Below, one piece after another: positions 27,121-38,318 of a DNA stretch of 64,000 nucleotides (positions are counted from its first letter, which is position 1; the number at the start of each line of letters is the position of its first letter). The stretch lies in assembly GCA_030390025.1 (NCBI GenBank), contig CM059425.1:164674001-164738000 (forward strand), read 5' to 3'. This DNA is from Squalus acanthias (lineage: Eukaryota). A program made the position numbers and the translations under genes. The notes under the pieces were generated by a model, which was not told the origin of the DNA, searched no databases, and saw only the letters and a list, made by a program, of their open reading frames with translations.

Positions 27121-28757
27121 ATGGGAACCATTTATTTCCTTTCATCATGGACCTCGGATGAGGATGAGGAACAGCCACGGCAGCAGCAGAACCAGGCAGC
27201 GCAGCAGGAGCGTCCACTCCTGCTCACCCAACCTGATGGGTGCACAGGGCAGAAGGCGCCAGCGCAGGGATGCACGTTGCCGCAGGAGATAACCCCCCCC
27301 CCCCCCCCTTCAGGGTTTACAGACAGAGGATGAGCTACCTCAACATGAGTGAGCAGCAGTGCCAAAGGAGGCTGAGAGTTTTGCGAGAGGTTGTCCGAGA
27401 CATCTGCGCACTGTTGCAACCAAACCTGGAGCCCAGAGGAGCGGGTGGACAATCCCTTACAAGTGGCTGTCAAAGTCACCACTGCACTCAACTTTTTTGC
27501 CTCTGGTTCCTTCCAGGGATCATCAGCGGCATCTCCCAGTCGGCCGCCCACAGTTGCATCACGCAGGTTACCATGCCCTTTTTCGCAAAGGCGCACAATT
27601 ACATCCACTTCTCAAGGGATAAAGCAAGTGTAACTTTGCGTTCAGTTGGCTTTGTAAATATGGCAGGCTTGCCAATTGTTCAGGGCGTAGACTGCACCCC
27701 ATCACAACCCAGCTATCTTTGTCAACCACAAGGGCTTCCACTCCCTCAATGTACAGCTGGTGTGTAACCACAAGGAAATTTTGCATATTTGCGCCAAGTT
27801 TTGTGGCAGCTACCATGACTCGTTCATCCTGCGGAACTCCATTGGTCCTCCGCTCTTCAATCCACCAAACCAACTTAACGAATGGCTCCTTGATGACCAG
27901 GGCTACCCCCTGAAGAAGTGGCTAAAGACGCCAATCAGGAGGCCAGCTAACGAGGCTGAGGAGCACTACAACGCCAGCCACATTTCAACCAGGTCCATCA
28001 TCGAACAAACCATTGGCTTGCTGAAGATGCAATTCCAATGCCTTGACAGATCAGGTGGAGCCCTGCAGTACTCAGTAGCCAGGGTCTCTAGACTGGTCAT
28101 GGTCTGCTGTGCACATAGAAACATAGAATCTAGGAGCAGGAGTAGGCCATTCGGCCCGTCGAGCCTGCTCCACCATTCAATACGATCATGGCTGATCATC
28201 CAAATCCAGTACCCTGTCCCTGCTTTAATCCCCACAGTACACATATCCCACCCTGCCCCCGTAACCCCACGTATTTAATTCCCCCTAACATATCCCATCC
28301 TATCCCCATAACCCCACATATTTAATACCCCCCTAACACTAAGGGTCAATTTATCATAGCCAAATCAACCTAACCCGCACATTTTTGGACTGTGGGAGGA
28401 AACCGGAGCACCCGGAGGAAACCCACGCAGACACGGGGAGAATGTGCAAACTCCACACAGACAGTCACCCGAGGTCAGATTCGAACCCGGGTCCCTGGCG
28501 CTGAGAGACACCAGTGCTAACCACTATGCCGCCGTGTTGCACTGCACAGCCTCGCACAGCGTCGTGGCTTGCAGCTTCCTGATGAGCAAGTGGCTCAGTT
28601 CATAGCCGCCTCAGATGAGGAGGAGGACCGAGCAGCGGCGTATCTACCAGCACGTGAGCACATTGCTGGCCGTGATGTAAGTGATGCACTCATCCTGGCC
28701 AGATTTGTATCGGTTGCCCATTGTGGCACACGTGCTTGGCTCCTTCTTAACACATGA
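27121..28757 (+). pseudogene. Harbinger DDE transposase (HARBI1-like), frameshifted and SINE-interrupted
   Basis: Pieces across frames: [110 protein letters not shown]...DALILARF. Confidence 0.9.
28115..28537 (-). mobile_element. HE1-like V-SINE (tRNA head, V domain, CR1/HER1 tail) inserted in the transposase
   Basis: V-domain ggaggaaaccggagcacccggaggaaacccacgcagacacggggagaatgtgcaaactccacacagac. tRNA head ttcgaacccgggtccctggcgctg...gctaaccactatgccgcc. The tail matches the CR1 3' UTR at 3200-3290. TSD TGCAC at 28110-28114 and 28538-28542. Confidence 0.92.
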
Positions 28758-29054
28758 TAGACAATGGACATGACTCTCTGGCCTCCTTTCACTCTGGCCA
28801 CCAACCTGACCACGCAAGTGTCGCGAAGCCCGCAATGTGCAGCTGCCTAAGCCGAAATAACAGATGCCATCACGCCTACAGTTTGCCATCACATTTTAAT
28901 ACATTCACACAGGGATGGCATTTCATCCATAAACAGAAACAGTCACCCAAGTGCCTACCCATGTGACTAATTGTGCTTTATTTTTCTCTTGCGCGTGTTC
29001 CTACGTGGTACTCCCCCTGTGGCTTCAGCAGATGTGGAGACACCTTGCTCACTT

Positions 29055-30897
29055 TCATGCTGCTCCTGCTTCGACACCTTTGGTGGGCGTCCTCTGGGTT
29101 TCTGAGCCTGTGAGGGTTCGGCAACAGTCTGCTCCTCCTGCGTCTGTGCCAGCCATCTCAGTTGGGTGCGGACTCTGATGGGGCTCTGACCAAGGGCTAC
29201 GCAGTGGCATGGAAGGTGTGAGTGCTTGGAGAGGAGCCCCCACTTCCTTGTTCTCTGCCACCAATTTCCCTCTCATGGGTCAGGTCCACCTCAGCACTTG
29301 CAAGTGGCCTGAGAGCACCTTGCTGCACATCAGGGCCATGGGGACCCGTATCTGCGCTGGCAGTCCTACTCAAAAGAACTTCCATGAAGCTCTGGTTTCT
29401 CTGTTCAATAGCTGCCCATCGCTGCTCCAGAGATGTCGGTCTATTCTGAACATTCACCATGTTTTCCAGACTCTGGTGACTTATGTCCTCCATGGCCGTA
29501 GCCATCCTCTCCTCTACCGTAGACACCCTTTCCAGAGAGGTAACCATCGTTACCACGGAGGTTGCCATCCTTTCCGTGGTGCTGTGTATATGTGCCATTG
29601 CCTCCACAAAGGCACTGCTCGTGTTAGAGTTGGACTCCTCCATCCTCTCCACACTCTCAGTGACCCTGGAGACAAAACCTGCCAGAGACTCCTGGAGTTC
29701 CAGCACCGCTCTCCTGGATGGACCCAGAGGCACAGGGTCCACGTGCAGTGAAGCAGAGCTAGGAGAGTCCTGCGCCCTCCGACGAGGACTCTCCACTGCT
29801 GTCCCTGTCTCCACCACCTGCTGATGCTCACCTGAGAGCTGTGATACACACGGTGACAAAACTACTCTATGTCCCGAAGGTCCCACCGAGGTGTGCGTAT
29901 CTGCGCTGGTGCTGGGTGCGCTTACATCTGGTGACGCTGCGTCCTCGGAGGTTGCAGGTTCCCCTGAGGAGTCTTGCAGCTCAGCCTCTTCCTCGTCGAC
30001 AGTGGGGGGGGCTCTGTGTGGATGGTCCTGTGGGGGAGTAAAGTCATGGGTTAGACATATCACGGAAGTGTGGCATGCAGATGCAATAGTGCAGATGATC
30101 ATGTGGCTTTCTATTAATGTACACCAGCAGCCATGCAGTCACTCCAGCAGTGTTAATGAGAGAATAGTTTTGCATCTCTGTCACCAGCTTGGTCTGCATT
30201 GCCCATCTGTCCGTCCCCCACTTCCACCTCCACCTCTGCGCCGGCGATGTCCAGGACAGCCTCTTCAGCCTGGGTGAGAACGGCAAGGGAAGGTGGCCCT
30301 CCTCCTGTCTTCACCCTTTCCCTTCTATTGTGGGCTCTCTCTCGTCCTGCAGTGAGGGAGACAAGTGGAGTTGGAGTGAGAATGATGGAGTGAGTGTAGA
30401 GAGTCCAGAGCATAGATGCTTGGAAGGAGACAAAGATGGAGTGAGGTTCCATGTCCAAGGGCCCTCCCTGAGTCGTTGTCATTGCATAACATTGAAAGGG
30501 AGTGTGAGGGTAGCATCGTCGAATAGTCAAGTGATTGGGTTCATAGTGAGAGGGATGGTGAAGGGTTGTAAGGATAAAGTGGGATGTGTAGGAGGAGGTT
30601 GACAATGCAGAGTGCTGGTGATGAGAGAAGGGGAGCAGAAGGAGGGTCAAGCTGATGGTATACTCCCTTTACAAGGTCATTGAACCTTTTACGGCACTGC
30701 AGCCATGTCCTGCTGCACACTGATCTGGAGGTTATATCCCTTGCCAGCTGGACCCACACAGCCTTGGTTTCTTTGGGAGGCCTCTTCCTCCCAGATGAGG
30801 GGAAGAGCACCTCCCTGCTGGCTCTCGCCCCCTCAACCAGGATACCCAGCGCCTCATCCGAGAACCTCGGGGAGGCCCTTGCCTTGGAGCTGGCCGT
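29055..30897 (-). pseudogene. Harbinger Myb/SANT-like (trihelix, NAIF1/MSANTD-like) DNA-binding protein gene, probably three exons, decayed
   Basis: First segment ASPRFSDEALGILVEGARASREVLFPSSGRKRPPKETKAVWVQLARDITSRSVCSRTWLQCRKRFNDL. Putative exon 30346-30185 (RAHNRRERVKTGGGPP...; CAG acceptor, GTGACA donor). Putative exon from 30027 is acidic/Ser-rich with a predicted coiled coil. The likely start codon reads ACG (30897-30895). Confidence 0.8.
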
Positions 30898-31594
30898 TCT
30901 TCAAGGAGATAAAAGTTTGGAGGTGGTGCAGAATAGACCAAAAACCAGTGGAATGAGCTGCAGCAAGCAGCCTTTAAATGAAGCTGGATAAGTGACGTCA
31001 GCAGAGGTGAGTTTCGGTCCCAAAAGACTAATTGGCCCAGGGGAACCCACACCTCTGAAATTAACTGGCCAATTAGGGGAAATCGCAAATTTTTCCCACC
31101 TGACAGTGGAGGCGGGTTCGGGACCCACCCAAACCGAAACCTGCCTCCAATGGGAAAATTGCCCCCTGCCCCCCTCCCAGTTTAATTGAAAAATCACGAA
31201 GTCATGTACCCAGTGTGCTTCATGTGACTAAGGAATTAGAGTGGCAATCTATCATTTGCAAACAGAGGGTTATACTGTGTGCTGTGGGATATCCGTTATC
31301 ATATGTGTTGATGATGGGATTAGTTACCAATTCAAACCCTAGAATCAGGGAAACCAAACCAGCTACAGCCAGATGAGTGTGCCACTGGAGCATGGTCATC
31401 ACTGTACTGGTTTTATTTGTTGTGCCACAGTGCAGTTCAGGAATGGAGAGAGATTTTGGCACCAAATTTGGAGCAAGCTGTGCTACAAACAGGCATCTAT
31501 GTGAAGGGAAAACTTCTGTTCAGTTTTGCAGATCAAAATCAACTATTACTCTATGAATTTGCATTTGAAGCTTTTTCAAATCTTAACTGATAAG

Positions 31595-33105
31595 GGAATT
31601 GAGGGAGGAGATAGTGGAAGGGCTTGCCATAATTTTCCAATCTTCCCTAGATGCGGGGGAGGTGCCTGAGGATTGGAAAGTGGCAAATGTGACACCATTG
31701 TTCAAGAAAGGGTGTAAGGACAATCCCAGTAACTACAGGCCGGTCAGTTTAACATCAATGGTGGGTGAAGTTTTAGAAACAATAATCAAGGAAAAAATTA
31801 ACGGGCACTTGGAGAGGTTTAAGCTAATTAAGGAGAGCCAACACGGGTTTGTAAAAGGAAGATCGTGTTTGACTAATCTAATTAAATTTTTTGATGAAGT
31901 AACAGGAATGATTGATGAAGGGAATGCAATGGATGTTGCCTACATGGATTTTCAGAAGGCGTTTGACAAAGTACCACATAGAAGGCTAGTTAACAAAATT
32001 GAGGCTCATGGAATAGGTGGGTCAGTGGCAGCTTGGATAAGGAATTGGCTTAAGGACAGAAAACAGCGAGTTGTGGTAAATGGCTGTTTTTCAGACTGGA
32101 GGATGGTAGACAGTGGTGTTCCCCAAGGGTCAGTGCTGGGGCCACTGCTTTTTTGATGTATATAAATGACTTAGATATTGGAATCGAGTAGAATTTCTAA
32201 ATTTGCCGATGACACCAAACTTGGGTGTGGCAAACTGAGGATGATGCCAATCGACTGCAGCAGGACATAGAAAGGCTAGCAGAATGGGCAGACAAGTGAC
32301 AGATGGAATTTAATAGAGAAGTGTGAGGTGATGCATTTTGGCAGAAGGAACAGGGAGAGGCAATATACACTTAATGGCACAGTTTTAAAGAGTGTGCAGG
32401 GACAGAGGGACCTGGGAGATAATGTGCATAGGTCCCTGAAGGTGGCGGGACATATTGAGAGAGTGGTTAGCAAAGCATATGGGATCTTGGGCTTCATAAA
32501 TAGAGGCATTGAGTACAAAAGTAGAGAAGTTATGCTGAACCTTTATAAAAGTGCTGGTTAGGCCACAACTGGAGTATTGCGTCCAGTTCTGGTCACCACA
32601 CTTTAGGAAGGATGTGTAGGCCCTTGAGAGGGTGCAGAGGAGATTTACCAGAATGGTTCCAGGGATGGGGGATCTTGGCTACAAGGACAAGTTGGAGAAG
32701 CTGGATTTATTTAGAGCAAAGGCGGTTGAGGGGTGATTTTGATAGAGGTGTATAAGATTATGATGGGTTTGGATAGGCTAGACGGAGAAAGGCTGTTCCC
32801 ACTAGTTGATGGTACAAGGACTAGGGGACACAGATTTAAAATTTTGGGCAAGAGATACAGGGGGGATGTGAGGGGAAACTTTTTACGCAGCGAGTGGTGA
32901 GGACCTGGAACTCGCTGCCGATGGAAGTGGTGGAAGCGGAGACACTCAATGTTTTCAAGGGGAGACTGGATAGGCACTTGAGGGAAATAAACTTGCAGGG
33001 CTACGGGGATAGAGCGGGGGAATGGAACTGACTGGATTGCTCTACAGAGAACCGGCACGGACTCGATGGGCCGAATGGCCTCCTTCTGTGCCGTTATGAC
33101 TGATT
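31595..33105 (+). mobile_element. CR1 LINE, 5'-truncated, frameshifted
   Basis: EVPEDWKVANVTPLFKKG, NYRPVSLTS, SQHGFVKGRSCLTNL, GVPQGSVLGP, KFADD and a CR1 3' UTR. Confidence 0.93.
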
Positions 33106-33107
33106 TG

Positions 33108-33241
33108 ATAGCAAAATACTGCGGATGCTGGAAATCAGAAATAACAACAGAAAACGCTGGAAAAACTCAGCAGGCCAGGCAACATCCATGGAGAGAGAAA
33201 GAGAGTTAACGTTTCAGGTCGAAACCCTTCGTCGGAACTGA
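33108..33241 (-). mobile_element. Penelope-like element terminal fragment with degenerate hammerhead motif
   Basis: Minus strand reads agtt-CCGACGA-agggtttcgacct-GAA-acgt-t-aact, followed by ctctttctctctccatggatgttgcctggcctgctgag...ccagcatccgcagtattttgct. Confidence 0.65.
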
Positions 33242-33337
33242 TTTTGTTTGGCCACAGTTGTATTGCAGCTACAGATCTGAGACCAGTATCTGCTGTCTGT
33301 GATGTGCAGTTGGCAGACCCTTGCAGTTTTTAGAAAC

Positions 33338-34400
33338 CTTTTTTATTTCAAGCTAATCATTACTTACAAATTCAAACAGAACAAAAAATCAGTTAATGAT
33401 CAAAGTATAAACTTTAAAAAGTTTTTGTAAAAGACAAATCATATACTAGTTGACAAATTGATACAGTAGTACAATATAATCACGTGGTGTTTACAAGAGT
33501 ACATTGATGGCATAGTTTGCAGGTTTCAAAATTGTGGCAGCCATTGTGGAGTGGTGGGGGAGGGGACGAAACACACAGTATGCAGCTGGACAAGGGGACC
33601 TGGGATATCCTTCTGAATGTGTTGGGTTGGGTCACTCTCTTGTAGCTGAGAGCTTTTGGTGGTGTGTTCCTGTTGTCTGTCTGGTACCAGCCTGTTTCCC
33701 TTCTCGCTGCATTATTTATAAAACTGATTTTGTAAGAAGTGACCTGCATGGGCTTCATGGCAAGGGTTTGAGACTGCTTGGTACTTTCTCCGTTCTAGTT
33801 GGATATCATACATGGCATGGTCTGACTGCCCATCTGTCCCAGAGCTTTCTGATGCGATAGGATGTTGTCAAAATGGGGGCATGGAATAAATCTTCTCAGC
33901 GCAACCAGTGAGTTTTGCTGATTTCTGCACCTCAGTGGATCTTGCACCACCTAGAGGCAGGCCTAGCAGACAAGGGAATGGGTCTGTGGGCATATCACTG
34001 CCGGTCTTAGCCTTTGTGGCATCCCATAACACAGCCCACAATGGTTTGGTCTGGGGGCAGTATGAAAATGTGTCTTTTAGCATGATTGGCCTTGTCCTCT
34101 CGAGTATTAGTATGACGAGGAAGGGTGGCATCTTGTGTGGCATGTTTAGTTTATTTTCCTTGTAAGTGATCTTGGGAGGGTTTATTTGATGACCTAGGTC
34201 TCCCTCCCATAATCCCTTTTAGATATTCTGTCAGTGTGGAGGTTACAAGTGCAGTTTACAAGGCAGGGCTGTGTTTATGGGTATCTTGGGGTTAGAGAAT
34301 GTGCAGCTCTAGAGCACAGGTATTCACACTGGGGTTCCCCAGGCATTAGAGGTCTGAAGTCGTCGTCTTCTGTATTTTTCTCCTATTGGTTGACTTAATA
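33338..34400 (-). mobile_element. Possible L1/Tx1-clade LINE 3' remnant
   Basis: Minus ORF 33868-34143 has ..YCPQTKPLW...MPTDPFPCLLG, resembling the L1 C-terminal HxFxxCP..W...CLLG region. An AT-rich 3' UTR ends in AATAAAAAA near 33340. Confidence 0.45.
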
Positions 34401-34427
34401 GTGTATTATTTTCTGTGACTCCTATAC

Positions 34428-35180
34428 CAAGTGGCAAGTAATATTCGCGCCACACAAGTGCCAGGCAATGACCATCTCCAACAAGAGAGCGTCTAACCAC
34501 CGCCCCTTGACACTCAACGGCATTACCATCGCTGAATCCTCCAACATCAACATCCTGGGGGGGGGGGGGTCACCATTGACCAGAAGCTTAACTGGACCAG
34601 ACACACACACACTGTGGCTACAAGAGTTGGGTATTCTACAGCGAGTGTCTCACCTCCTGACTTCCCAAAGCCTTTCCACTATCTACAAGTCACAACTAAG
34701 AAGTGTGATGGAATACTCTCCACTTGCCTCAGAGAAGCTCGACACCATCCTGGACAAAGCAGCCCGTTTGATTGGCACCCCACCACACCTTAAACATTCA
34801 CTCCCTCCACCACCGGCGTACTGTGGCTGCAGTGTGTACCATCTGCAAGATGCACTGCAGCAACTCGCCAAGGCTTCTTCGACAGCTCCTCCCAAACCCA
34901 CGACCTCTACCACCGAGAAGGACAAGGGCAGCAGGCGCATGGCAACACCACCATCTCCAAGTCACACACCATCCTGACTCGGAAATATATCGCCGTTCTT
35001 TCATAGTCACTGGGTCATAATCCTGGAACTCCCTCCCTAACAGCACTTTGGGAGTACCTTCACCACACAGACTGCAGCGGTTCAAGAAGGCAGCTCATCA
35101 CCACCTTCTCGAGGGCAACTAGGCATGGGCAATAAGTGCTGGCCTTGCCAGCGGCGCCCACATCCCGTGAACAAAAACAA
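34428..35180 (+). mobile_element. CR1-clade LINE (family B) 3' fragment
   Basis: KWQVIFAPHKCQAMTISNK..., SLSTIYKSQLRSVMEYSP and the family-B tail. Confidence 0.88.
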
Positions 35181-36397
35181 AAAAATAATTCTGCACTTGT
35201 AGCTCTGTTTTCCTTTTTGGGTAATTCATGCTGTCTTTCTGAAGTTAGGGCAGGCAGTCCCTGGGAACGTGTCAATATTTGCAATAGTCTCCCCTCACGA
35301 GTTTGAAAGCCACTGCAGAACATTGCTAGCTCCTGGAGGAAGTGCTTGCTTTAGAGGTACTTGAACACCACCTGCTGAATGATCTAGAAGTTGTTTTTCA
35401 TTGCTGAACGGACAAGGTGTTACCCTTGTGCAGAAACGGGCTGAGCCTAGTGGCGGTCTTTTTTATTTCCTCGGCTCTCTATTTTTCCTAGGCTCTGAGT
35501 ACATTTGTGGCTGATGTGTAATCAGTTCTTCTTTGTTGCTTGGGGAGAGTCCAGACAAACTCAACAGGATCATCAATTGTACAGTGGCCTCTTTCCAGAT
35601 CAATAGTATTAGTGCAACAATGGGATGCTTCTTTGATCCCTCTGGCCTCCTGCCAGGATTATGAAGGGTTAGATAGGGGAGTAGTTTGGGAAGCTTGCTG
35701 ACCAACATCAAAGTGCACGAACAGAACTCTGCCTGTTCAAACTACAATATGTGCAATGCACTGCTCTTTCTTGGTACTCAATCAGCTGCTCTTTCCGAAT
35801 ATTAAAGAGAATTGACCGTAGTTTTATAAAGTTCCCAGGTGACCCAAGGCGTATACTCTTACAACTTGGGTAGTGAAATTCCACTTTTTTTAAAAGGCAG
35901 TCATTTTCTCTCTCTAATCTGTGAATGACATTTTATTCTTGGCAATCACACATTCCAAAGCTGCATGCATCTGCAATTTTAATGGGTCATTACTTATGAA
36001 AATCAGATCTTCCCTATATTAAAGGGAAATTTCACCCCTTTAGTCACCAGTTGGGTACTTTATGTATTCGATGTTGCCCCACCCACATTATATTTGATTT
36101 GTACCATACTGAAGCATGTAGCCAGATATTTGGTCAGTTTATTGTTTGTGGATGGTTGCTTCAGTGGCAAACTGGTACCAGGAGTTTTTGATGTCTGCTA
36201 TTGCAATTCTACAGAGTGGTTCCAAGTAGCCCTGGACATATTGCCTTCAAGATTTGGTATTCAGAGTGCCTTAGAGCTATTGAACGGTGGTACAAGTTCC
36301 TCACCTCAGAAACTCGAGTTTTGTGGTTTGTTTATTTGGCAGATATCTTTGTGATATCAACCCCATTTGAGTTCTTTAGGTGATAAGAATTCATCAC

Positions 36398-36480
36398 TCA
36401 TCGACCTGAAACGTTAACTCTGTTTCTCTCCACAGATGCTGCCTGACCTGAGTATTTCCAGCATTTTCTGTTTTTATTTA
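36398..36480 (+). mobile_element. Penelope-like terminal fragment, same family as 33108-33241
   Basis: tcgacctgaaacgttaactctgtttctctccacagatgctgcctgacctgagtatttccagcattttctg. Confidence 0.6.
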
Positions 36481-36549
36481 AGAATTCTTCACTGTCTGAT
36501 TTAACCATATCAACTAATCCACTGTGCAGCTTTGAGAGAAATCTCTTTT

Positions 36550-37085
36550 TTTCTCCACCATCTATAATTCTCAACTTAGGAATGTGATGGAAAGCTCACC
36601 ACACCTGCATGGTGCAGCCACACTTAAGCTTGACACCATCCAGGGCAAAGCAGTCTGCTTGATTGTCACCCCTGCCATTGAACTCCATATCCATCCACCT
36701 CCACCACCAGCACACTAACTGACTGTAGCATATGTTATCTACAGGATGCACTGCAGCAACTCACAAGGTTACTTCAACAGCATCTCCCAGCCCTGTGACC
36801 TCTACTACTTGATGGGCAAGGGGCAGCAGCATTATGAGAGTGCCATTTCTTGAAAATTCCCTTCCAAATCACACACCATCCTGACTTAGACATGTATTAT
36901 TGTTCCGACATCACCGTTGAGTCAAAATACAGTAATTCCCTTCCCAATGCCTCCACTAGAGCACCATCTGCATAAGGACTGCAGCAGTTCAAATAACAGG
37001 TCCAAAACGATTACCTCAGGGCAGATAGGAATGGGCAATAAATGCAGCCTTGCCAGCATCACCCACATCCTAAATGCATACTAAA
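36550..37085 (+). mobile_element. Older family-B CR1-clade LINE 3' fragment
   Basis: Diverged match to 20365-20880 (gacaccatccagggcaaagcag, atgcactgcagcaactc, gggcaataaatgcagccttgccagc). Confidence 0.75.
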
Positions 37086-37736
37086 TATAAAATCATTTTT
37101 CAGCCAAAGCAAAGTTATAAATTTAAAATGTGGTTCAATTCTCTGTTATTTTATCGCATTTGGTGCTCGGTATTTTCCTGGGTTTTTTTCTGTCTCCTAT
37201 CAACTATTGGAAAATATATTTGGCAGTGAATGGTGCCTACCACATATTGAAAGGAGAATAGTTAAACATGTTGAGTTTAAATATCTGTTGTCTGTCTCAG
37301 ACCCTTTTCTGACAAACAGACTTAATTGGGGAGGGATTCGGGAGGGTAATGGTAATGGTAGAATTGGCATCATTGGACTATATGCTGGTTGGAACTTAAA
37401 ATAAGTTTGAAGTTTTGTTTTACATTTTTTTTTAAGGCACTAACTCTGAAAAAGAGAATTCTGTTATTTTGCAGACCAAAAACCTTTAATAAAGATCAGC
37501 TGATGGATTGTATAAGAGGAAGAGCGAGACCTATTTCTGGCCATTTTAGAAACTTTTAATAAATTGTACGTGAAGTTTTTTAAACAATCCTGCTTTATTT
37601 AACTTTAATTTATCCACTGGTGTCAGAACGTTGGTATGTTGAAGGTTTTTGCTAAAACTACAGGTATCTGAATTTGTTTTGACTTGTCTATAAAATTTTG
37701 CACTAACTTGTTGAACTATTTAGAAAATGTGGGGGT

Positions 37737-37819
37737 TTCTCTCTCTCGCTCTCTCTCCTTTTCTCTCGCTCTCCTTTTCCCTTTCTTCCTTCCTTTCTTT
37801 TTCTTTCTTTCTTTCTTTC

Positions 37820-37854
<35 letters not shown>

Positions 37855-37903
37855 CTTTCTTTCTTTCTCTCTCTTTCTTTCTTTCTCTTTCTTTCTTTCT
37901 TTC

Positions 37904-37938
<35 letters not shown>

Positions 37939-38019
37939 CTTTCTTTCTTTCTCTTTCTTTCTTTCTTTCTCTTTCTTTCTTTCTTTCTCTTTCTTTCTTT
38001 CTTTCTTTCTTTCTCTCTT

Positions 38020-38072
<53 letters not shown>

Positions 38073-38173
38073 CTCTTTCTCTCTTTCTTTCTTTCTTTCT
38101 TTCTCTCTTTCTCTCTTTCTCTCTCTCTTTCTCTCTTTCTCTCTCTCTTTCTCTCTTTCTCTCTTTCTCTCTT

Positions 38174-38245
<72 letters not shown>

Positions 38246-38318
38246 TCTTTCTTTCTTTCTCTCTTTCTCTCTTTCTCTCTTTCTTTCTCTCCTCCCCCCC
38301 CCCCCCCCCCCCCCTTTT
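37737..38318. repeat. ~580-bp polypyrimidine tract: compound (TTTC)n/(TC)n followed by a poly-C run
   Basis: Almost exclusively C/T on the + strand. The long F/L/S and K/E/R ORFs here are translation artefacts. Confidence 0.97.

Larger units (their letters stand above)
26629..31166. mobile_element. PIF/Harbinger DNA transposon, full-length autonomous architecture, decayed (about 4.5 kb including a nested SINE)
   Basis: 16-bp TIRs GGGGGCGATTTTCCCA (26629-26644) and TGGGAAAATTGCCCCC (31151-31166), one mismatch. Convergent transposase (+) and Myb/SANT-like (-) genes. No clean TSD. Confidence 0.9.

Noticed and set aside
28470..28537. tRNA gene (A/B box-like sequence)
   Set aside because: It is the tRNA-derived head of the HE1-like SINE and is contiguous with the V domain.
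29209..30602. Plus-strand ORFs of 113-180 aa overlapping the Myb-like gene
   Set aside because: Antisense shadows of a GC-rich coding region with no recognisable motifs.
27121..30897. Domesticated HARBI1/NAIF1 host genes
   Set aside because: Frameshifts, a SINE insertion, a lost start codon and flanking TIRs indicate a decayed transposon copy.
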